A stretch of 64,000 nt of DNA from Prevotella sp. UBA3675 (lineage in GTDB: Bacteria > Bacteroidota > Bacteroidia > Bacteroidales > Bacteroidaceae): contig DFJI01000010.1 in the NCBI GenBank assembly GCA_002372235.1, positions 13,773-77,772 of the forward strand, given 5' to 3'. Numbering within the stretch: position 1 is the stretch's first letter; each line of letters begins with the position of its first letter. Under the pieces are notes generated by a model, which saw only the letters and a list, made by a program, of their open reading frames with translations, had not been told where the DNA came from and did not search any database. Positions 1 to 11,396 of the stretch are shown one piece after another. Made by a program: the position numbers and the translations under genes.

Positions 1-162
1 GGAAGGGGCGACCTGGTGGTCAATATCAGCGTGTATGTGCCTAAGACACTCTCACGCGAAGAGAAGCAGGCACTCGAGTCGTTCAAGAAGAGCGACAACT
101 TCAAAGGCGACAAGCAGACACGAGACTCTATCTTCCAGCGTTTCAAGAACTATTTCAGCTAA
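1..162 (+). CDS. dnaJ: Chaperone DnaJ, C-terminal end (partial, runs in from the left edge)
   Basis: Manual frame-1 translation GRGDLVVNISVYVPKTLSREEKQALESFKKSDNF...IFQRFKNYFS* matches the typical DnaJ C-terminus (GDLxVxxxVxxPxxLS). Not in the ORF track. Confidence 0.85.
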   Translation, partial: GRGDLVVNISVYVPKTLSREEKQALESFKKSDNFKGDKQTRDSIFQRFKNYFS

Positions 163-231
163 GCTTTCTGGTTTCCAGAATTTTACAAAAGAAAGCAATA
201 AGCGACACTATAACAAGAAGAGAGTGACGAA

Positions 232-1554
232 ATGACCTATAAGAATGTGACCGACTATCTGTTCAGCCAGACACCCAGTTTCGAGAAGCAGGGTGCAAGC
301 GGCTATAAGGAGGGACTGGAGACCACCATCAAACTTGATGAGCACTTCGACCATCCGCACGAGCACTTCCGCAGCATACACATTGCCGGCACCAACGGCA
401 AGGGTTCGGTAGCTCACAGCATCGCTGCCATGCTGCAAGTATATGGCTACCGGGTAGGACTCTACACGTCTCCTCACCTGATTGACTTCAGAGAGCGCAT
501 CCGCGTGAACGGCGTACCCATCTCAGAAGAATATGTCGTTGACTTCATAGAAAAAGAAAAGAGCTTCTTCGAACCTCTGAAACCCACCTTCTTCGAAATC
601 ACCACAGCGATGGCATTCAAGTACTTCAAAGACATGAATGTAGATATAGCCGTCGTGGAGGTGGGACTGGGCGGACGCTTGGACTGCACGAACATCATCA
701 CCCCTATCCTGTCTGTCATTACAAACATTTCACTGGACCACACTCAGCTACTCGGAGCAAGTCTGGAGCAGATTGCAATGGAGAAAGGCGGAATCATCAA
801 GACTGGCATTCCCGTCGTGATCGGCGAGACACTGCCGGAGACACGCCCCATTTTCGAGGCTTTGGCCCAGGAGCACAACGCCCCGATCCACTTTGCCGAA
901 GACGAGGAGGAAAAAGAGATTGAGACAGCTGAAGCGCTCCCTGAAGGCGGCATTCACTATACTGCACGCCACTTGGCTGATTTCAACGGAGAACTGAGCG
1001 GAATCTATCAGAAGAAGAACATGAACACCACTATAGTGGCTATGCACATACTGATGGACACTGGCTATCTGTGCGAATGCTATAATCCCGAAAACAACCG
1101 CAAGATTCAAGAAGAGATGAATCTCGCCCTCCAGAATGTGACGAAGATCACTGGTCTCATGGGAAGATGGCAGACGATTCGCAAGCAACCCACCATCGTG
1201 TGCGACACAGGTCACAACGTCGGAGGCTGGGAGTACATCAGCAAGCAGCTGGCTACCGTAAAGTGCGAAAAGATGCATATCGTGATTGGCATTGTAGATG
1301 ACAAGGACATCTATGGCATTATGAACCTGCTGCCCAAGGATGCTACCTATTATTATACAAAGGCCGACAGTAAACGTGCTTTTCCCGAAACCTCACTGAA
1401 AGTATTTGGCGACCAGTTCGGGCTCACTGGCGAATGCTATGCCACTGTGCCTGAGGCGGTAAGGGCTGCCACCGATGCTGCAACGCCTGAGGACTTCATC
1501 TTTATCGGAGGAAGCACGTATGTCGTGGCCGACTTCTTGAAATCGCGCAATTAG
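232..1554 (+). CDS. folC: Bifunctional folylpolyglutamate synthase/dihydrofolate synthase
   Basis: Motifs HIAGTNGKGS, YTSPHL, EVGLGGRLDCTN, DHTQLLG, DTGHN. Confidence 0.96.
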   Translation: MTYKNVTDYLFSQTPSFEKQGASGYKEGLETTIKLDEHFDHPHEHFRSIHIAGTNGKGSVAHSIAAMLQVYGYRVGLYTSPHLIDFRERIRVNGVPISEEYVVDFIEKEKSFFEPLKPTFFEITTAMAFKYFKDMNVDIAVVEVGLGGRLDCTNIITPILSVITNISLDHTQLLGASLEQIAMEKGGIIKTGIPVVIGETLPETRPIFEALAQEHNAPIHFAEDEEEKEIETAEALPEGGIHYTARHLADFNGELSGIYQKKNMNTTIVAMHILMDTGYLCECYNPENNRKIQEEMNLALQNVTKITGLMGRWQTIRKQPTIVCDTGHNVGGWEYISKQLATVKCEKMHIVIGIVDDKDIYGIMNLLPKDATYYYTKADSKRAFPETSLKVFGDQFGLTGECYATVPEAVRAATDAATPEDFIFIGGSTYVVADFLKSRN

Positions 1555-1649
1555 CTGTTTTTAACACCAATTTTTCGCCGATATGTTTGCACATGTCGGC
1601 TTTTTTTTGTTATTTTGCAAAAGATACTGTAACTAAAAACAAACATCTT

Positions 1650-2741
1650 ATGGCAAACACAACAGAAAATGCGAATCTCTGTGGTCTGAAAAGAGAAGAC
1701 TTTCAGACCACTATCAATGGCAAGAAAACCGATCTTTACATTTTACGCAACCGCAAGGGCTACGAAGTGGCTATCACTAACTATGGCGGTGCAATCTGTG
1801 CCATCATGGTGCCAGACAAGAACGGAAAAGTTGCCAATGTCATTCAGGGACACGATAACATCCAGTCAGTCATCAACTCACCAGAGCCGTTTCTCTCGAC
1901 CCTCATCGGACGATTTGGCAACCGCATCTGCAAAGGTATGTTCACGCTGAACGGGAAAGAATATCAACTGGCTATCAACAACGGGCCCAATGCCCTCCAC
2001 GGAGGACCTACCGGATTCCACGCCCGCGTTTGGGATGCCAAACAGATGGGACCTCGAGCACTGGCACTCCACCGCATTTCATCCTACGGCGAGGAAGGCT
2101 TCACAGGCGAAGTTGACATCACGGTTGAGTTTACGTTTACCGACAAAAACGAACTCGTTCTCGAATACCTCGCCACGACAAACAAAAAGACAATCGTCAA
2201 CTTCACTCACCACGGCTTCTTCTGTTTGGCTGGAACTGCCGATCCAACCCCAACAATCAACGATCTTCAGTGCGAAATCAACGCCGATTTCTATATTCCC
2301 ATCGACGACACCTCTATCCCTACAGGCGAAATACGCAAGGTGGAAGGTACGCCATTTGACTTCCGAAAGGCTAAGCCCGTAGGTCAGGACATTGATGCTG
2401 ACGACCAGCAGATTAAGAACGGTGCAGGCTATGACCACTGCTTCGTGCTGAACAAGAAGGAGGAAGGCGAGCTGAGTTTTGCAGCAAAGATCAAGGACCC
2501 CAACAGCGGTCGCACCATGGAAGTGTTTACGACGGAGCCCGGCGTGCAGGTGTATAGCGACAACTGGGCTGATGGTTACAAGGGATATCACGGCGCTACG
2601 TTCGGACGCCGCTCAGCAATCTGCTTCGAGTGCCAGCACTTCCCCGACACACCTAATCGTCCTTACTTCCCCTCTGTGATTCTGCGTCCCGGACAACAGT
2701 ATAAGCAGAAGACCATTTATAAGTTTGATGTAGAGGCATAG
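1650..2741 (+). CDS. galM: Aldose 1-epimerase (galactose mutarotase), cytoplasmic
   Basis: Motifs GRFGNRI, LHGG, GYDHCF, TTEPGVQVY, FECQHFPD. Start placed at ATG 1650 (MANTTE) rather than the ORF-track TTG at 1587. Confidence 0.93.
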   Translation: MANTTENANLCGLKREDFQTTINGKKTDLYILRNRKGYEVAITNYGGAICAIMVPDKNGKVANVIQGHDNIQSVINSPEPFLSTLIGRFGNRICKGMFTLNGKEYQLAINNGPNALHGGPTGFHARVWDAKQMGPRALALHRISSYGEEGFTGEVDITVEFTFTDKNELVLEYLATTNKKTIVNFTHHGFFCLAGTADPTPTINDLQCEINADFYIPIDDTSIPTGEIRKVEGTPFDFRKAKPVGQDIDADDQQIKNGAGYDHCFVLNKKEEGELSFAAKIKDPNSGRTMEVFTTEPGVQVYSDNWADGYKGYHGATFGRRSAICFECQHFPDTPNRPYFPSVILRPGQQYKQKTIYKFDVEA

Positions 2742-2768
2742 AAAATCTAAAAAAACATCCTAATAATT

Positions 2769-4001
2769 ATGTCACAAAAACAACAACCGAACTATTTGTT
2801 CCCTCTGATTATTGTGTTCATTGTGTGCTTCCTCATCGGATTCATCACGACAATGAACAACTCGATGATTGAGTTCTGTAAGGAAGCATTCAAGCTGTCT
2901 GACACTCAGGGACAGCTTGTGAACACCTTCTTCTATGGTGCCTACTTCTTCTCCATCCCATTTGCCATGATGATGAGCAAGATTGGTTACAAGGCAACAC
3001 TTGTACTCGGTTTGACCGTAGTAGGCATCGGCTTCATTGCTAACAACCTGGGCGTGACCGCAGCCCTCGGCTCAGCTAATGTTTACACCGTATTCCTCTG
3101 CTGCATGAGTATCGTGGCACTGGGTGTCGTGATGCTGCAACTGGTGGCCAATCCTTACGTGATGGTGCTGGGCAAGCCTGAAAGTGGTGCTTTCCGCATG
3201 ACTCTCTCACAGGCGCTGAACTCTGTAGCAACGACTGTTGCACCTATCTTTATTACTACTGTCATTATCGCAGGCAAGCCCAAACTGCCTGAGAATGTGC
3301 CTGGCCCGTTCCTCATGCTGGGCATCTTTGCACTGGTGATTGCTGCTATCCTGTTCTTCATCAAGCTGCCCGATCCTGATATGGACAAGAAAGATGATGC
3401 AGAAGAAGTGGCTACTGACGCAAAGCAGTACAAATCGAGTGTATTCAAATATCCTCACGTATGGTTCGGTGCGCTCGCTATCGCCATGTATATGGGACTG
3501 GAGATTGGTATTCCCTCCATGCTTCCTGCATACTGGAAAGCTGACCCCAACCTGCCCGGTTCGGCTACAGACTATCTGCCTCTCTACTGGGGCGGCATGA
3601 TGGTTGGACGTTTCGTAGGCTCTGCCATCTTGGCTAAGTTTGAGGCTCGCAAGCTGCTCACTGCATGTCTGATTCTCGGTGCTTGCTGCGTAGGAATCTC
3701 ATTCTTTCTGCCAGGTATGTATGCCGTTTATGCAATGCTGGCTGCCGGACTGTTCCACTCCGTGATGTGGCCTCTCATCTTCAACCTTGGCCTGCAGGAG
3801 CTTGGTCCTCACACGAAGAACGCATCTGGTCTGATCAATATGGGTGTACTGGGTGGAGCAACACTGCCACTGCTCATGGGTACTGTTGTTGATAACCCCG
3901 CACTCGGCGTAGGTGTAGCCATCATGATGATGTTCGTGTACTATGCATACGTCCTCTGGTTCTGCAACTGGGGTTCGAAGATTGGTCTCAACGTAAAATA
4001 A
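2769..4001 (+). CDS. MFS sugar permease, FucP/GluP (glucose/galactose) family
   Basis: About 12 hydrophobic segments, motifs QLVANPYV, QALNSVATT, YWGGMMVGRF, SVMWP. Lies between galM and galK. Confidence 0.88.
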   Translation: MSQKQQPNYLFPLIIVFIVCFLIGFITTMNNSMIEFCKEAFKLSDTQGQLVNTFFYGAYFFSIPFAMMMSKIGYKATLVLGLTVVGIGFIANNLGVTAALGSANVYTVFLCCMSIVALGVVMLQLVANPYVMVLGKPESGAFRMTLSQALNSVATTVAPIFITTVIIAGKPKLPENVPGPFLMLGIFALVIAAILFFIKLPDPDMDKKDDAEEVATDAKQYKSSVFKYPHVWFGALAIAMYMGLEIGIPSMLPAYWKADPNLPGSATDYLPLYWGGMMVGRFVGSAILAKFEARKLLTACLILGACCVGISFFLPGMYAVYAMLAAGLFHSVMWPLIFNLGLQELGPHTKNASGLINMGVLGGATLPLLMGTVVDNPALGVGVAIMMMFVYYAYVLWFCNWGSKIGLNVK

Positions 4002-4055
4002 GCGATAAGATTTTATTAAATCTCTTAATCATAAATAATTAAAAACAAAAAAACT

Positions 4056-5222
4056 ATGATTGATATTGAATTTGTAAGACAGCGCTTCATCAAGCACTTT
4101 GACGGAAAAACTGGTAATGTTTACACATCTCCTGGTCGTATCAACCTGATTGGTGAGCACACCGACTATAACGGTGGTTTCGTATTCCCCGGAGCAGTAG
4201 ATAAAGGTGTTACTGCCGAGATGCGCGCCAATGGTACAGAGGACACCGTGATGGCATACGCTATCGACTTGAAAGACCGTGTTGACTTCAAGCTCTCCGA
4301 CCCTGCTGGTCCTAAGGCTTCATGGGCCCGCTACATTTATGGCATCGCACTGGAGATGAAGAAGCTGGGTGTTCCCGTGAAGGGTTTCAACATCGCTTTC
4401 GCTGGTGACGTTCCCCTCGGTGCCGGTATGTCTTCGTCAGCTGCTATGGAGAGCTGCTTCGCTTGCGGTCTGAACGACATCTTCGGTGAGAACAAGGTTT
4501 CTCAGTGGGATATGGTATTGGCAGGTCAGGCTACTGAGCACAACTACTGCGGTGTGAACTGCGGCATTATGGACCAGTTCGCTTCTGTATTCGGCAAAGC
4601 AGGCTGCCTGATGCGCCTCGACTGCCGCAGCCGTGAGTTCGAATACTTCCCATTCAAGCCCGATGGCTATCGCCTCGTACTGCTTGACTCTGTAGTGAAG
4701 CACCAGCTGGCAGGTTCTCCTTACAACGACCGCCGCAACTCTTGCGAGAATGTGGTGAAGCATATTCAGGCTAAGCATCCCGAAGGCAAGTTCGAGACGC
4801 TGCGCGACTGCACATGGGAGCAGCTGGAAGAGGTGAAGGCCGAAGTTGGCGAAGAGGATTACAAGCGCGCTAAGTTCGTGCTGGGCGAGAAGGACCGCGT
4901 GCTCGCTGTCTGCGATGCTCTGAACGAAGGCGACTACGAGAAGGTGGGCGAGATGATGTATAAGACTCACGAGGGTCTGTCAAAGGACTACGAGGTGAGC
5001 TGCGAAGAGCTCGACTTCCTGAACGATGTCGCTAAGGAGAACGGTGTGACTGGTTCTCGTATCATGGGCGGTGGCTTCGGTGGCTGCACCATCAATCTGG
5101 TTCGTAATGATCTTTACAAGAAATTTGTTGAGGATGCCAAGAAGCGCTTCAACGAGAAGTATGGACACGAGCCTAAAGTTTACGACGTTGTCATCGGCGA
5201 CGGTTCGCGCAAGCTCTGCTAA
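4056..5222 (+). CDS. galK: Galactokinase
   Basis: PGRINLIGEHTDYN, GHMP motif PLGAGMSSSAA, CGIMDQ, GGGFGGC. Confidence 0.97.
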   Translation: MIDIEFVRQRFIKHFDGKTGNVYTSPGRINLIGEHTDYNGGFVFPGAVDKGVTAEMRANGTEDTVMAYAIDLKDRVDFKLSDPAGPKASWARYIYGIALEMKKLGVPVKGFNIAFAGDVPLGAGMSSSAAMESCFACGLNDIFGENKVSQWDMVLAGQATEHNYCGVNCGIMDQFASVFGKAGCLMRLDCRSREFEYFPFKPDGYRLVLLDSVVKHQLAGSPYNDRRNSCENVVKHIQAKHPEGKFETLRDCTWEQLEEVKAEVGEEDYKRAKFVLGEKDRVLAVCDALNEGDYEKVGEMMYKTHEGLSKDYEVSCEELDFLNDVAKENGVTGSRIMGGGFGGCTINLVRNDLYKKFVEDAKKRFNEKYGHEPKVYDVVIGDGSRKLC

Positions 5223-5243
5223 TCAATTTCATCTATTAATAGA

Positions 5244-5283
5244 AATAGCGGATCTGCAATTTGCAAATCCGCTATTCTTTTTT
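5244..5283. terminator. Intrinsic terminator after galK, possibly bidirectional
   Basis: Inverted repeat AATAGCGGAT...ATCCGCTATT followed by CTTTTTT, between convergent galK and DUF721 genes. Confidence 0.8.
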
Positions 5284-5324
5284 GTTCTATCAAATTCAGA
5301 AACCTTATATGATTTTAGGAGAAA

Positions 5325-5615
5325 CTACCTAAAACATATATCAGTAATAATCTGGGCCTCGACATAATCATTCAGCTTCTTCACATATTCTTGTCGTCGC
5401 ATACTAAGTTCAGCACGCAATGCCGGCATTGTCATGTGCACATAAAGTGTCTGATTATAGACATTGATGCTGTCTGTATATCTGGCGATCAATTCGCCTG
5501 CAATAATTGGCCATGCCTCAATGAGACGCTTCTGCAGCAAAGGGGTCTCCAAGCCTTGAACGCGCAAATTACGCATCACCAGGTCTTTGATAGATTGTAC
5601 ATCACGTCGGAACAT
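5325..5615 (-). CDS. DUF721 / DciA-family protein (putative replicative helicase loader)
   Basis: 96 aa with WPIIAG...LYV....PALRAEL pattern, directly downstream of recF, the usual DUF721 context. Confidence 0.8.
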   Translation of the reverse strand: MFRRDVQSIKDLVMRNLRVQGLETPLLQKRLIEAWPIIAGELIARYTDSINVYNQTLYVHMTMPALRAELSMRRQEYVKKLNDYVEAQIITDICFR

Positions 5616-5675
5616 ATTATATACTCATTTAGATTTATTACTGATGCGATAAAACCGTGTTAGGCATAAATATTA

Positions 5676-6779
5676 TTAAGAAATCTCGCCATCGCTAACA
5701 TGGAAAAGTCGATAGTCAAAATGGCCTTTCTCTAAGATTTGATCAAGGTGATCCCGATTTGTATCAGTGATGAATATTTGACCGAAACCTTCGCCAGAGA
5801 CAAGCTGCACAATCTGTTCAACACGAGTGGCATCGAGTTTGTCAAAAATATCATCGAGCAGCAGAATAGGCATCGTTCGTGTATTGGTCTGCTTAAGGAA
5901 GCCGAACTGCGCTAATTTCAATGAAATGACGAAAGTCTTCAGTTGTCCTTGAGAACCTTCACGACGCATGGGATGTCCATCTAAAAGAATAGAAAGATCA
6001 TCTCGGTGAACGCCATGTAGAGAATAACCCACTGCACGGTCTTTCATTCGATCTCGACGAATAACATCAAGCAGTGGACCTCGCTGACAATGAGAGACAT
6101 AAGTTAATGACACTTGCTCATGTCCTCCTGAAATCGTTTCGTAATACTGTTGGAACAAAGGCGTTAGCTCTTTTACGAAAGCATCGCGTTTCTGATAGAT
6201 ATACTCTCCTTCAACAGCCATCTGCTCCTCTAAAATAGAAAGTACATCCCAATCTGGTTCCGAATCCTCTACTTTTAGCAATGTATTGCGCTGGAGTAAT
6301 GCCTTATTATAACGATTCAAGGACTCTATATAAGAAATGTCAAGCTGAGAGATTACCATATCCATCAACCGCCTGCGCTCTTCACTTCCGCCTTCGATCA
6401 ATAAGGTATCGCCAGGCGCCACCATCACAATGGGAATCAGCCCTATGTGCTCAGACAAACGCTTATATTCTTTCTTGTTACACTTGAAATGCTTCTTTGT
6501 CCCACGCTTCATCCCACAATAGATGTTCCATGTATCATCCTGCCTTAAGCCGCCTGCATATTCACCTTCAAGCACAAAAAAGGGTTCTTCATGGCGTATC
6601 ACCATTGAATCTTGGGTGGTATAGGCGGAATGACAAAAAGACAGGAAATAAACCGAATCAAGCACATTGGTCTTCCCTACTCCATTCGGTCCGATGAAAC
6701 AATTGAATTTTGGAGACAACTCAAGCGTTGCCTCTCGAATATTCTTGTAATTCAACAAAGAAAGCTTCTTAAGAATCAT
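5676..6779 (-). CDS. recF: DNA replication and repair protein RecF
   Basis: Walker A GPNGVGKTN, ERRRLMD, GSQGQ signature, LLLDD Walker B. Confidence 0.96.
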   Translation of the reverse strand: MILKKLSLLNYKNIREATLELSPKFNCFIGPNGVGKTNVLDSVYFLSFCHSAYTTQDSMVIRHEEPFFVLEGEYAGGLRQDDTWNIYCGMKRGTKKHFKCNKKEYKRLSEHIGLIPIVMVAPGDTLLIEGGSEERRRLMDMVISQLDISYIESLNRYNKALLQRNTLLKVEDSEPDWDVLSILEEQMAVEGEYIYQKRDAFVKELTPLFQQYYETISGGHEQVSLTYVSHCQRGPLLDVIRRDRMKDRAVGYSLHGVHRDDLSILLDGHPMRREGSQGQLKTFVISLKLAQFGFLKQTNTRTMPILLLDDIFDKLDATRVEQIVQLVSGEGFGQIFITDTNRDHLDQILEKGHFDYRLFHVSDGEIS

Positions 6780-6796
6780 TCACTACATTTTTCTTG

Positions 6797-6804
6797 CAAA
6801 ATTA
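6797..6804 (-). promoter_or_regulatory. Bacteroidetes -7 promoter element (TAATTTTG) for recF
   Basis: Matches TAnnTTTG on the minus strand just upstream of the recF start. Confidence 0.6.
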
Positions 6805-6868
6805 CAGCATTTAAGGGGGAAAAACGAAAAAAGTTTGGAATAAATTTCAATATATGCGATAAATTCAG

Positions 6869-6876
6869 TAAATTTG
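6869..6876 (+). promoter_or_regulatory. Bacteroidetes -7 promoter element (TAAATTTG) for TPR protein-ribH
   Basis: Matches TAnnTTTG, with a TTTG upstream at about 6834. Confidence 0.65.
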
Positions 6877-6965
6877 CGCCGCAAAATCAGACAAAGTATT
6901 TATTTATTAAATATTTTATTCTGTTTGGATTACATAAAGAGAAATAATAAAAACAAAAAATAATA

Positions 6966-7646
6966 ATGGCAGAAACAAAGAAAAATCAGGCTACTCCTAC
7001 ATTGGAAGAGTCTCAGAGTCAGAATGAAGCATTTCTTCTCAAGTACAAAAACGCTATTATCTGTTGCGTAGTAGTTTTAATTGTTGCCGTATGCGGTTGC
7101 ATTTGGTATAGCGGTTACCAGTCAGACAAGCAGGTTGAGGCAAGCACAGCAATGGCAAAAGCTCAGGATTATTTTCAGAATGGTAACTTTGAGCAGGCTC
7201 TCAACGGTGACAGTCTCGGTACTGCAGGCTTCCTGAAAATCGCAAACGACTACAGCTCTACTAAAGCCGGTAATCTGGCAACCCTTTATGCAGGTCTCTG
7301 CTATGCTAACATGGATAAGTGGGAAGAAGCTGCACAGTATCTGGAGAAGTTTGACGGCAAGGACGATCAGATGATTTCTCCTGCTGCTATGGGTGCACTC
7401 GGCAATGCTTATGCACATCTAAACCAGCTTGATAAAGCTGTGAGCACACTGGTTAGTGCTGCTGAAAAGGCAGACAACAACTCTATTTCACCTACATTCC
7501 TCATTCAAGCCGGACAGATTCTGGAAAGCCAGGGCAAAAAGGCTGAAGCCTTGAAGCTCTACAAGCAGGTGAAGGAGAAGTACTTCGAATCTATGCAGAC
7601 ACAATATCAGACCATAGACGAATACATCGAGCGCGTTTCTGAATAA
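6966..7646 (+). CDS. Membrane-anchored tetratricopeptide repeat protein (YfgM-like)
   Basis: Single N-terminal TM helix followed by TPR-like helices (LYAGLCY, GALGNAY). Upstream of ribH, a common Bacteroidetes context. Confidence 0.8.
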   Translation: MAETKKNQATPTLEESQSQNEAFLLKYKNAIICCVVVLIVAVCGCIWYSGYQSDKQVEASTAMAKAQDYFQNGNFEQALNGDSLGTAGFLKIANDYSSTKAGNLATLYAGLCYANMDKWEEAAQYLEKFDGKDDQMISPAAMGALGNAYAHLNQLDKAVSTLVSAAEKADNNSISPTFLIQAGQILESQGKKAEALKLYKQVKEKYFESMQTQYQTIDEYIERVSE

Positions 7647-7657
7647 TCCTCAAGGAC

Positions 7658-8128
7658 ATGGCAACCAAGAACCTTTCCGACTACGATTTTAACAAAGTAC
7701 CAGATGCATCAAACATGATATTTGGTATTGTAGTTGCCGAATGGAATCCAGAAATAACAGGAGCTCTGCTTGAAGGTTGTGTAAACACACTTGAAAAGCA
7801 CGGTGCGCTTCCTGAAAACATTCACATCAAGACCGTTCCCGGTTCATTCGAACTTATTTATGGGGCACGTCAGATGACACTCAACGATGGCTACGATGCT
7901 GTTATCATATTAGGAAGTGTCATTAGAGGTGAAACGCCACACTTTGATTATATTTGTCAGGGAGTGACTGAAGGAATTGCCCGACTGAATGCTACAAACA
8001 ACATTCCTGTAATCTACGGTCTCCTTACAACCAACGACTTGCAACAAGCAAAAGATCGTGCAGGCGGTCGTCTCGGAAATAAAGGTGACGAATGTGCTGT
8101 AGTAGCGATTAAGATGGCAAAGTTCTGA
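7658..8128 (+). CDS. ribH: 6,7-dimethyl-8-ribityllumazine synthase
   Basis: [31 protein letters not shown] motifs. Confidence 0.97.
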   Translation: MATKNLSDYDFNKVPDASNMIFGIVVAEWNPEITGALLEGCVNTLEKHGALPENIHIKTVPGSFELIYGARQMTLNDGYDAVIILGSVIRGETPHFDYICQGVTEGIARLNATNNIPVIYGLLTTNDLQQAKDRAGGRLGNKGDECAVVAIKMAKF

Positions 8129-8264
8129 TACTCTCTCCGAATTATTTCTTCGAAAGATGGTAAAATTCAGTAACCCTTTCTGATGTATTTCTTCGAAAAA
8201 TGTCCTTTGAGAGATTTCTTTGAAAGGAATATACAAAACAGTTGAGAATATCATCTAATAAAAT

Positions 8265-8309
8265 AAAGTAGCGTATATCGAGATTTCGATTACGCTACTT
8301 TTCTTTTCT
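8265..8309. terminator. Bidirectional intrinsic terminator between ribH and the Crp gene
   Basis: Stem AAAGTAGCGTA...TACGCTACTTT with an A-rich left flank and a T-rich right flank. Confidence 0.75.
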
Positions 8310-8403
8310 GATATGTCAAACGAGATTTTAAGGTTCCACAACTTCTATACGGTAGTTTGGGCAAAGAATACTATTATGCTAATTTAATTGGATACGCAAA
8401 ATT

Positions 8404-9006
8404 TTACTTTCCTTCCATTAATGCAGCTGTTCGTACACGACTAAGTGTCTCGGGTGTCATCTGCAAATAGCTTGCTATATAGACCAACGGTGCACGAAGT
8501 ACTAATTGAGGTGCGCTCTTCACTAACTTCTGATAACGATCCTGAGCACTCTCAAAACGCAACATATCAGCACGCTGTTGACTGATAATCAAGGACTCCT
8601 CCAATATTTTACGATAAAGAATCTGAATATTCACACTTCGCATTGCGACAGCTTCTAATTCAGCCTTTGGTAAAGCATAAATAAGTGTTGGCTCCAATGC
8701 TTGAATAATTTGCATAGTAGGCTTCTCCTTAAAGAGGCTTTCAATGCTCATCATAATAGTATTCTCAGCAGCCATATACTCAGTCAGTTCCTTATTGTTC
8801 TTATAATAATACTGACGCACGAGTCCTTTCACAATCCAATAGATGTTCTCACATACATCACCTTCGGCCAGAACAATTTCACCTTTCGCAAACTTCATGG
8901 GAACCAACACGCCCTCTAGCATGTCCAATTCATCATGAGTCATCGTACTATATCTACGGGCCAGCTCTCGAGCCACGTCACGCTTTGTTAAACTTAGGTT
9001 TGGCAT
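8404..9006 (-). CDS. Crp/Fnr family transcriptional regulator (Bacteroidetes type)
   Basis: cNMP-binding region (KGEIVLAEGDVC..IYWIVKGLVR) and C-terminal HTH IASYLQMTPETLSRVR. Confidence 0.9.
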   Translation of the reverse strand: MPNLSLTKRDVARELARRYSTMTHDELDMLEGVLVPMKFAKGEIVLAEGDVCENIYWIVKGLVRQYYYKNNKELTEYMAAENTIMMSIESLFKEKPTMQIIQALEPTLIYALPKAELEAVAMRSVNIQILYRKILEESLIISQQRADMLRFESAQDRYQKLVKSAPQLVLRAPLVYIASYLQMTPETLSRVRTAALMEGK

Positions 9007-9087
9007 ATCAGTTTGTTTTGTTTTAAAGAAGGTTAGGTTATAAAGTATAGATTTAATTTAAATGTTCATTCTATCAGCGCCTATGAA

Positions 9088-10869
9088 TTAATCAAGTTTC
9101 AATACTGCAAGGAAGGCTTTCTGCGGTACCTCTACATTTCCAATCTGCTTCATGCGCTTCTTTCCACGCTTCTGTTTCTCCAACAGTTTACGCTTACGGC
9201 TAACGTCACCACCATAACATTTGGCCAACACATCCTTTCTTACTTGCTTCACAGTTTCGCGTGCAATAATTTTTGCGCCAATGGCAGCCTGAATAGCAAT
9301 ATCGAACTGCTGTCTTGGAATAAGTTCCTTTAGCTTTTCACACATCCTGCGCCCAAACGTCACCGCATTATCCTGATGCGTGAGCGTAGAAAGCGCATCA
9401 ACAGGTTCTCCATTGAGCAAGATATCCAGTTTGACAAGCTTTGATGGACGGAATGAATCAATGTGATAATCAAATGAAGCATAGCCTTTAGAGATGCTCT
9501 TCAGCTTATCATAGAAATCAATCACGATTTCTCCCAAAGGTAGCATAAAATGCAACTCAACACGATTACCTGATACATATTGCTGATCGATAAGCTCACC
9601 GCGTTTGTCCAGACAAAGTGTCATAATAGGACCGATGTAGTCAGCTGCTGTAATGATTGAAGCCCGTATGTAAGGTTCCTCAATACGATCAATCATCACA
9701 GGCTCAGGCATTCCCGAAGGATTATGCACTTCCTTCACCTCTCCCTGCTTTGTATAACACATATATGTGACATTGGGAACAGTCGTAATGACATCCATGT
9801 CGAACTCACGATCCAAACGCTCTTGCACAATTTCCATGTGCAGAAGTCCAAGGAATCCGCAACGGAATCCGAATCCCAAAGCGATTGACGTTTCTGGCAT
9901 AAAAGTAAGAGAAGCATCATTCAGCTGCAGCTTTTCAAGTGATGCCCTAAGGTTCTCATAATCTGTAGGATCAATAGGATATACACCTGCAAACACCATT
10001 GGCTTCACTTCCTGGAATCCTTCAATGGCAGCTTCACAAGGAGTTGCTACATGAGTAATCGTATCACCCACTTTCACCTCTTTTGCATTTTTGATGCCAC
10101 TGATAATATAGCCTACTTCGCCAGTACCAAGTTCTTTACGAGGAATCATATCCATTTTCAGGACACCCACTTCATCGGCTTCATATTCCATCCCCGTATT
10201 AAAGAACTTCACCTTGTCCCCTTTGCCTATTTTTCCATTCAGCACTTTGAAATAAGCAATGATCCCACGGAATGAATTAAACACAGAATCGAAGATGAGT
10301 GCCTGCAAGGGAGCATTCTCGTCACCTACTGGATGTGGTATGCGCTCAACGACTGCGTCAAGTATAGCTTCCACGCCCTCGCCAGTCTTACCTGAAGCCC
10401 TAATGATTTCCTCACGGTCACAGCCAAGCAAATCAATAATCTCGTCTTCCACTTCATCAGGCATAGCACTGGGCATGTCTATTTTATTGATGACTGGTAT
10501 AATTTCGAGATTATTGTCAATGGCCATATAAAGATTCGAGATAGTCTGTGCCTGCACTCCCTGAGTCGCATCCACCACGAGCAGCGCTCCCTCACAGGCA
10601 GCGATAGAACGGCTCACCTCGTAAGAGAAGTCAACATGTCCCGGAGTGTCTATCAAGTTCAGAATATACTTCTCACCACCCTTTTCATACTCCATTTGTA
10701 TGGCATGGCTCTTGATAGTTATTCCACGTTCACGCTCGAGATCCATATCGTCAAGCATCTGACCTTCAGTCACTTGAATCGTTTTCGTATATTCAAGTAA
10801 TCGGTCTGCAAGTGTTGACTTGCCATGATCGATATGGGCAATAATACAGAAATTTCTTATATGTTCCAT
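9088..10869 (-). CDS. lepA: Translation elongation factor 4 (LepA)
   Basis: [29 protein letters not shown]-terminal [18 protein letters not shown]. Start placed at MEHIRNF (10869). Confidence 0.98.
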   Translation of the reverse strand: MEHIRNFCIIAHIDHGKSTLADRLLEYTKTIQVTEGQMLDDMDLERERGITIKSHAIQMEYEKGGEKYILNLIDTPGHVDFSYEVSRSIAACEGALLVVDATQGVQAQTISNLYMAIDNNLEIIPVINKIDMPSAMPDEVEDEIIDLLGCDREEIIRASGKTGEGVEAILDAVVERIPHPVGDENAPLQALIFDSVFNSFRGIIAYFKVLNGKIGKGDKVKFFNTGMEYEADEVGVLKMDMIPRKELGTGEVGYIISGIKNAKEVKVGDTITHVATPCEAAIEGFQEVKPMVFAGVYPIDPTDYENLRASLEKLQLNDASLTFMPETSIALGFGFRCGFLGLLHMEIVQERLDREFDMDVITTVPNVTYMCYTKQGEVKEVHNPSGMPEPVMIDRIEEPYIRASIITAADYIGPIMTLCLDKRGELIDQQYVSGNRVELHFMLPLGEIVIDFYDKLKSISKGYASFDYHIDSFRPSKLVKLDILLNGEPVDALSTLTHQDNAVTFGRRMCEKLKELIPRQQFDIAIQAAIGAKIIARETVKQVRKDVLAKCYGGDVSRKRKLLEKQKRGKKRMKQIGNVEVPQKAFLAVLKLD

Positions 10870-10969
10870 TAACATTAATCTCTTTAGCTGGCAAAAATAC
10901 AAAAAAATAGTCAGAAATACGAGGATTTAGCTTTTTTTTGTATCTTTGCAAGCAAAATATCGTCTATCA

Positions 10970-11368
10970 ATGAAAAAAGTCTTTCTTTCAACAGCCATTT
11001 TACTGTCTGTTCTGACAGGATGTCAGGAATCATTCGAAAAGCGTGTGGAACGCACGTGGCGTGAGTACACAGAGAAAAACTGTCCACAAGTAATCACCGA
11101 GACCATTACCATGGACAGTTGTGTTTTCGAGGCCGACAGCCACACGCTGCATTTCTATTATCGCTTTCTTGGCGCTATGGATAACGACAGCATTGAGCTG
11201 AAATCTGATGCCATGCGCAAACTTCTTCTCGAAGCGCTTCGAAACGAAACCAGCTTCCGTGAATACAAAGAAGCTGGCTATAGTTTCAAATACACCTATT
11301 TTTCAGACAAACAGCCGGGCCATCTGCGCTACGAGACCAACTTTGTCAAAGAAGACTACAACAATTAG
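10970..11368 (+). CDS. Hypothetical lipoprotein
   Basis: MKKVFLSTAILLSVLTGC signal peptide with lipobox LTGC. TATCTTTG promoter element at 10941. Confidence 0.75.
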   Translation: MKKVFLSTAILLSVLTGCQESFEKRVERTWREYTEKNCPQVITETITMDSCVFEADSHTLHFYYRFLGAMDNDSIELKSDAMRKLLLEALRNETSFREYKEAGYSFKYTYFSDKQPGHLRYETNFVKEDYNN

Positions 11369-11396
11369 CCCATTCCTTTTCTTGTGCCGTTTGAAC

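Noticed and set aside
8144-8226. Three ATTTCTT(C/T)GAAA copies after ribH
   Set aside because: Irregular spacing (43 and 27 bp) in AT-rich DNA, so there is no basis for assigning a function.
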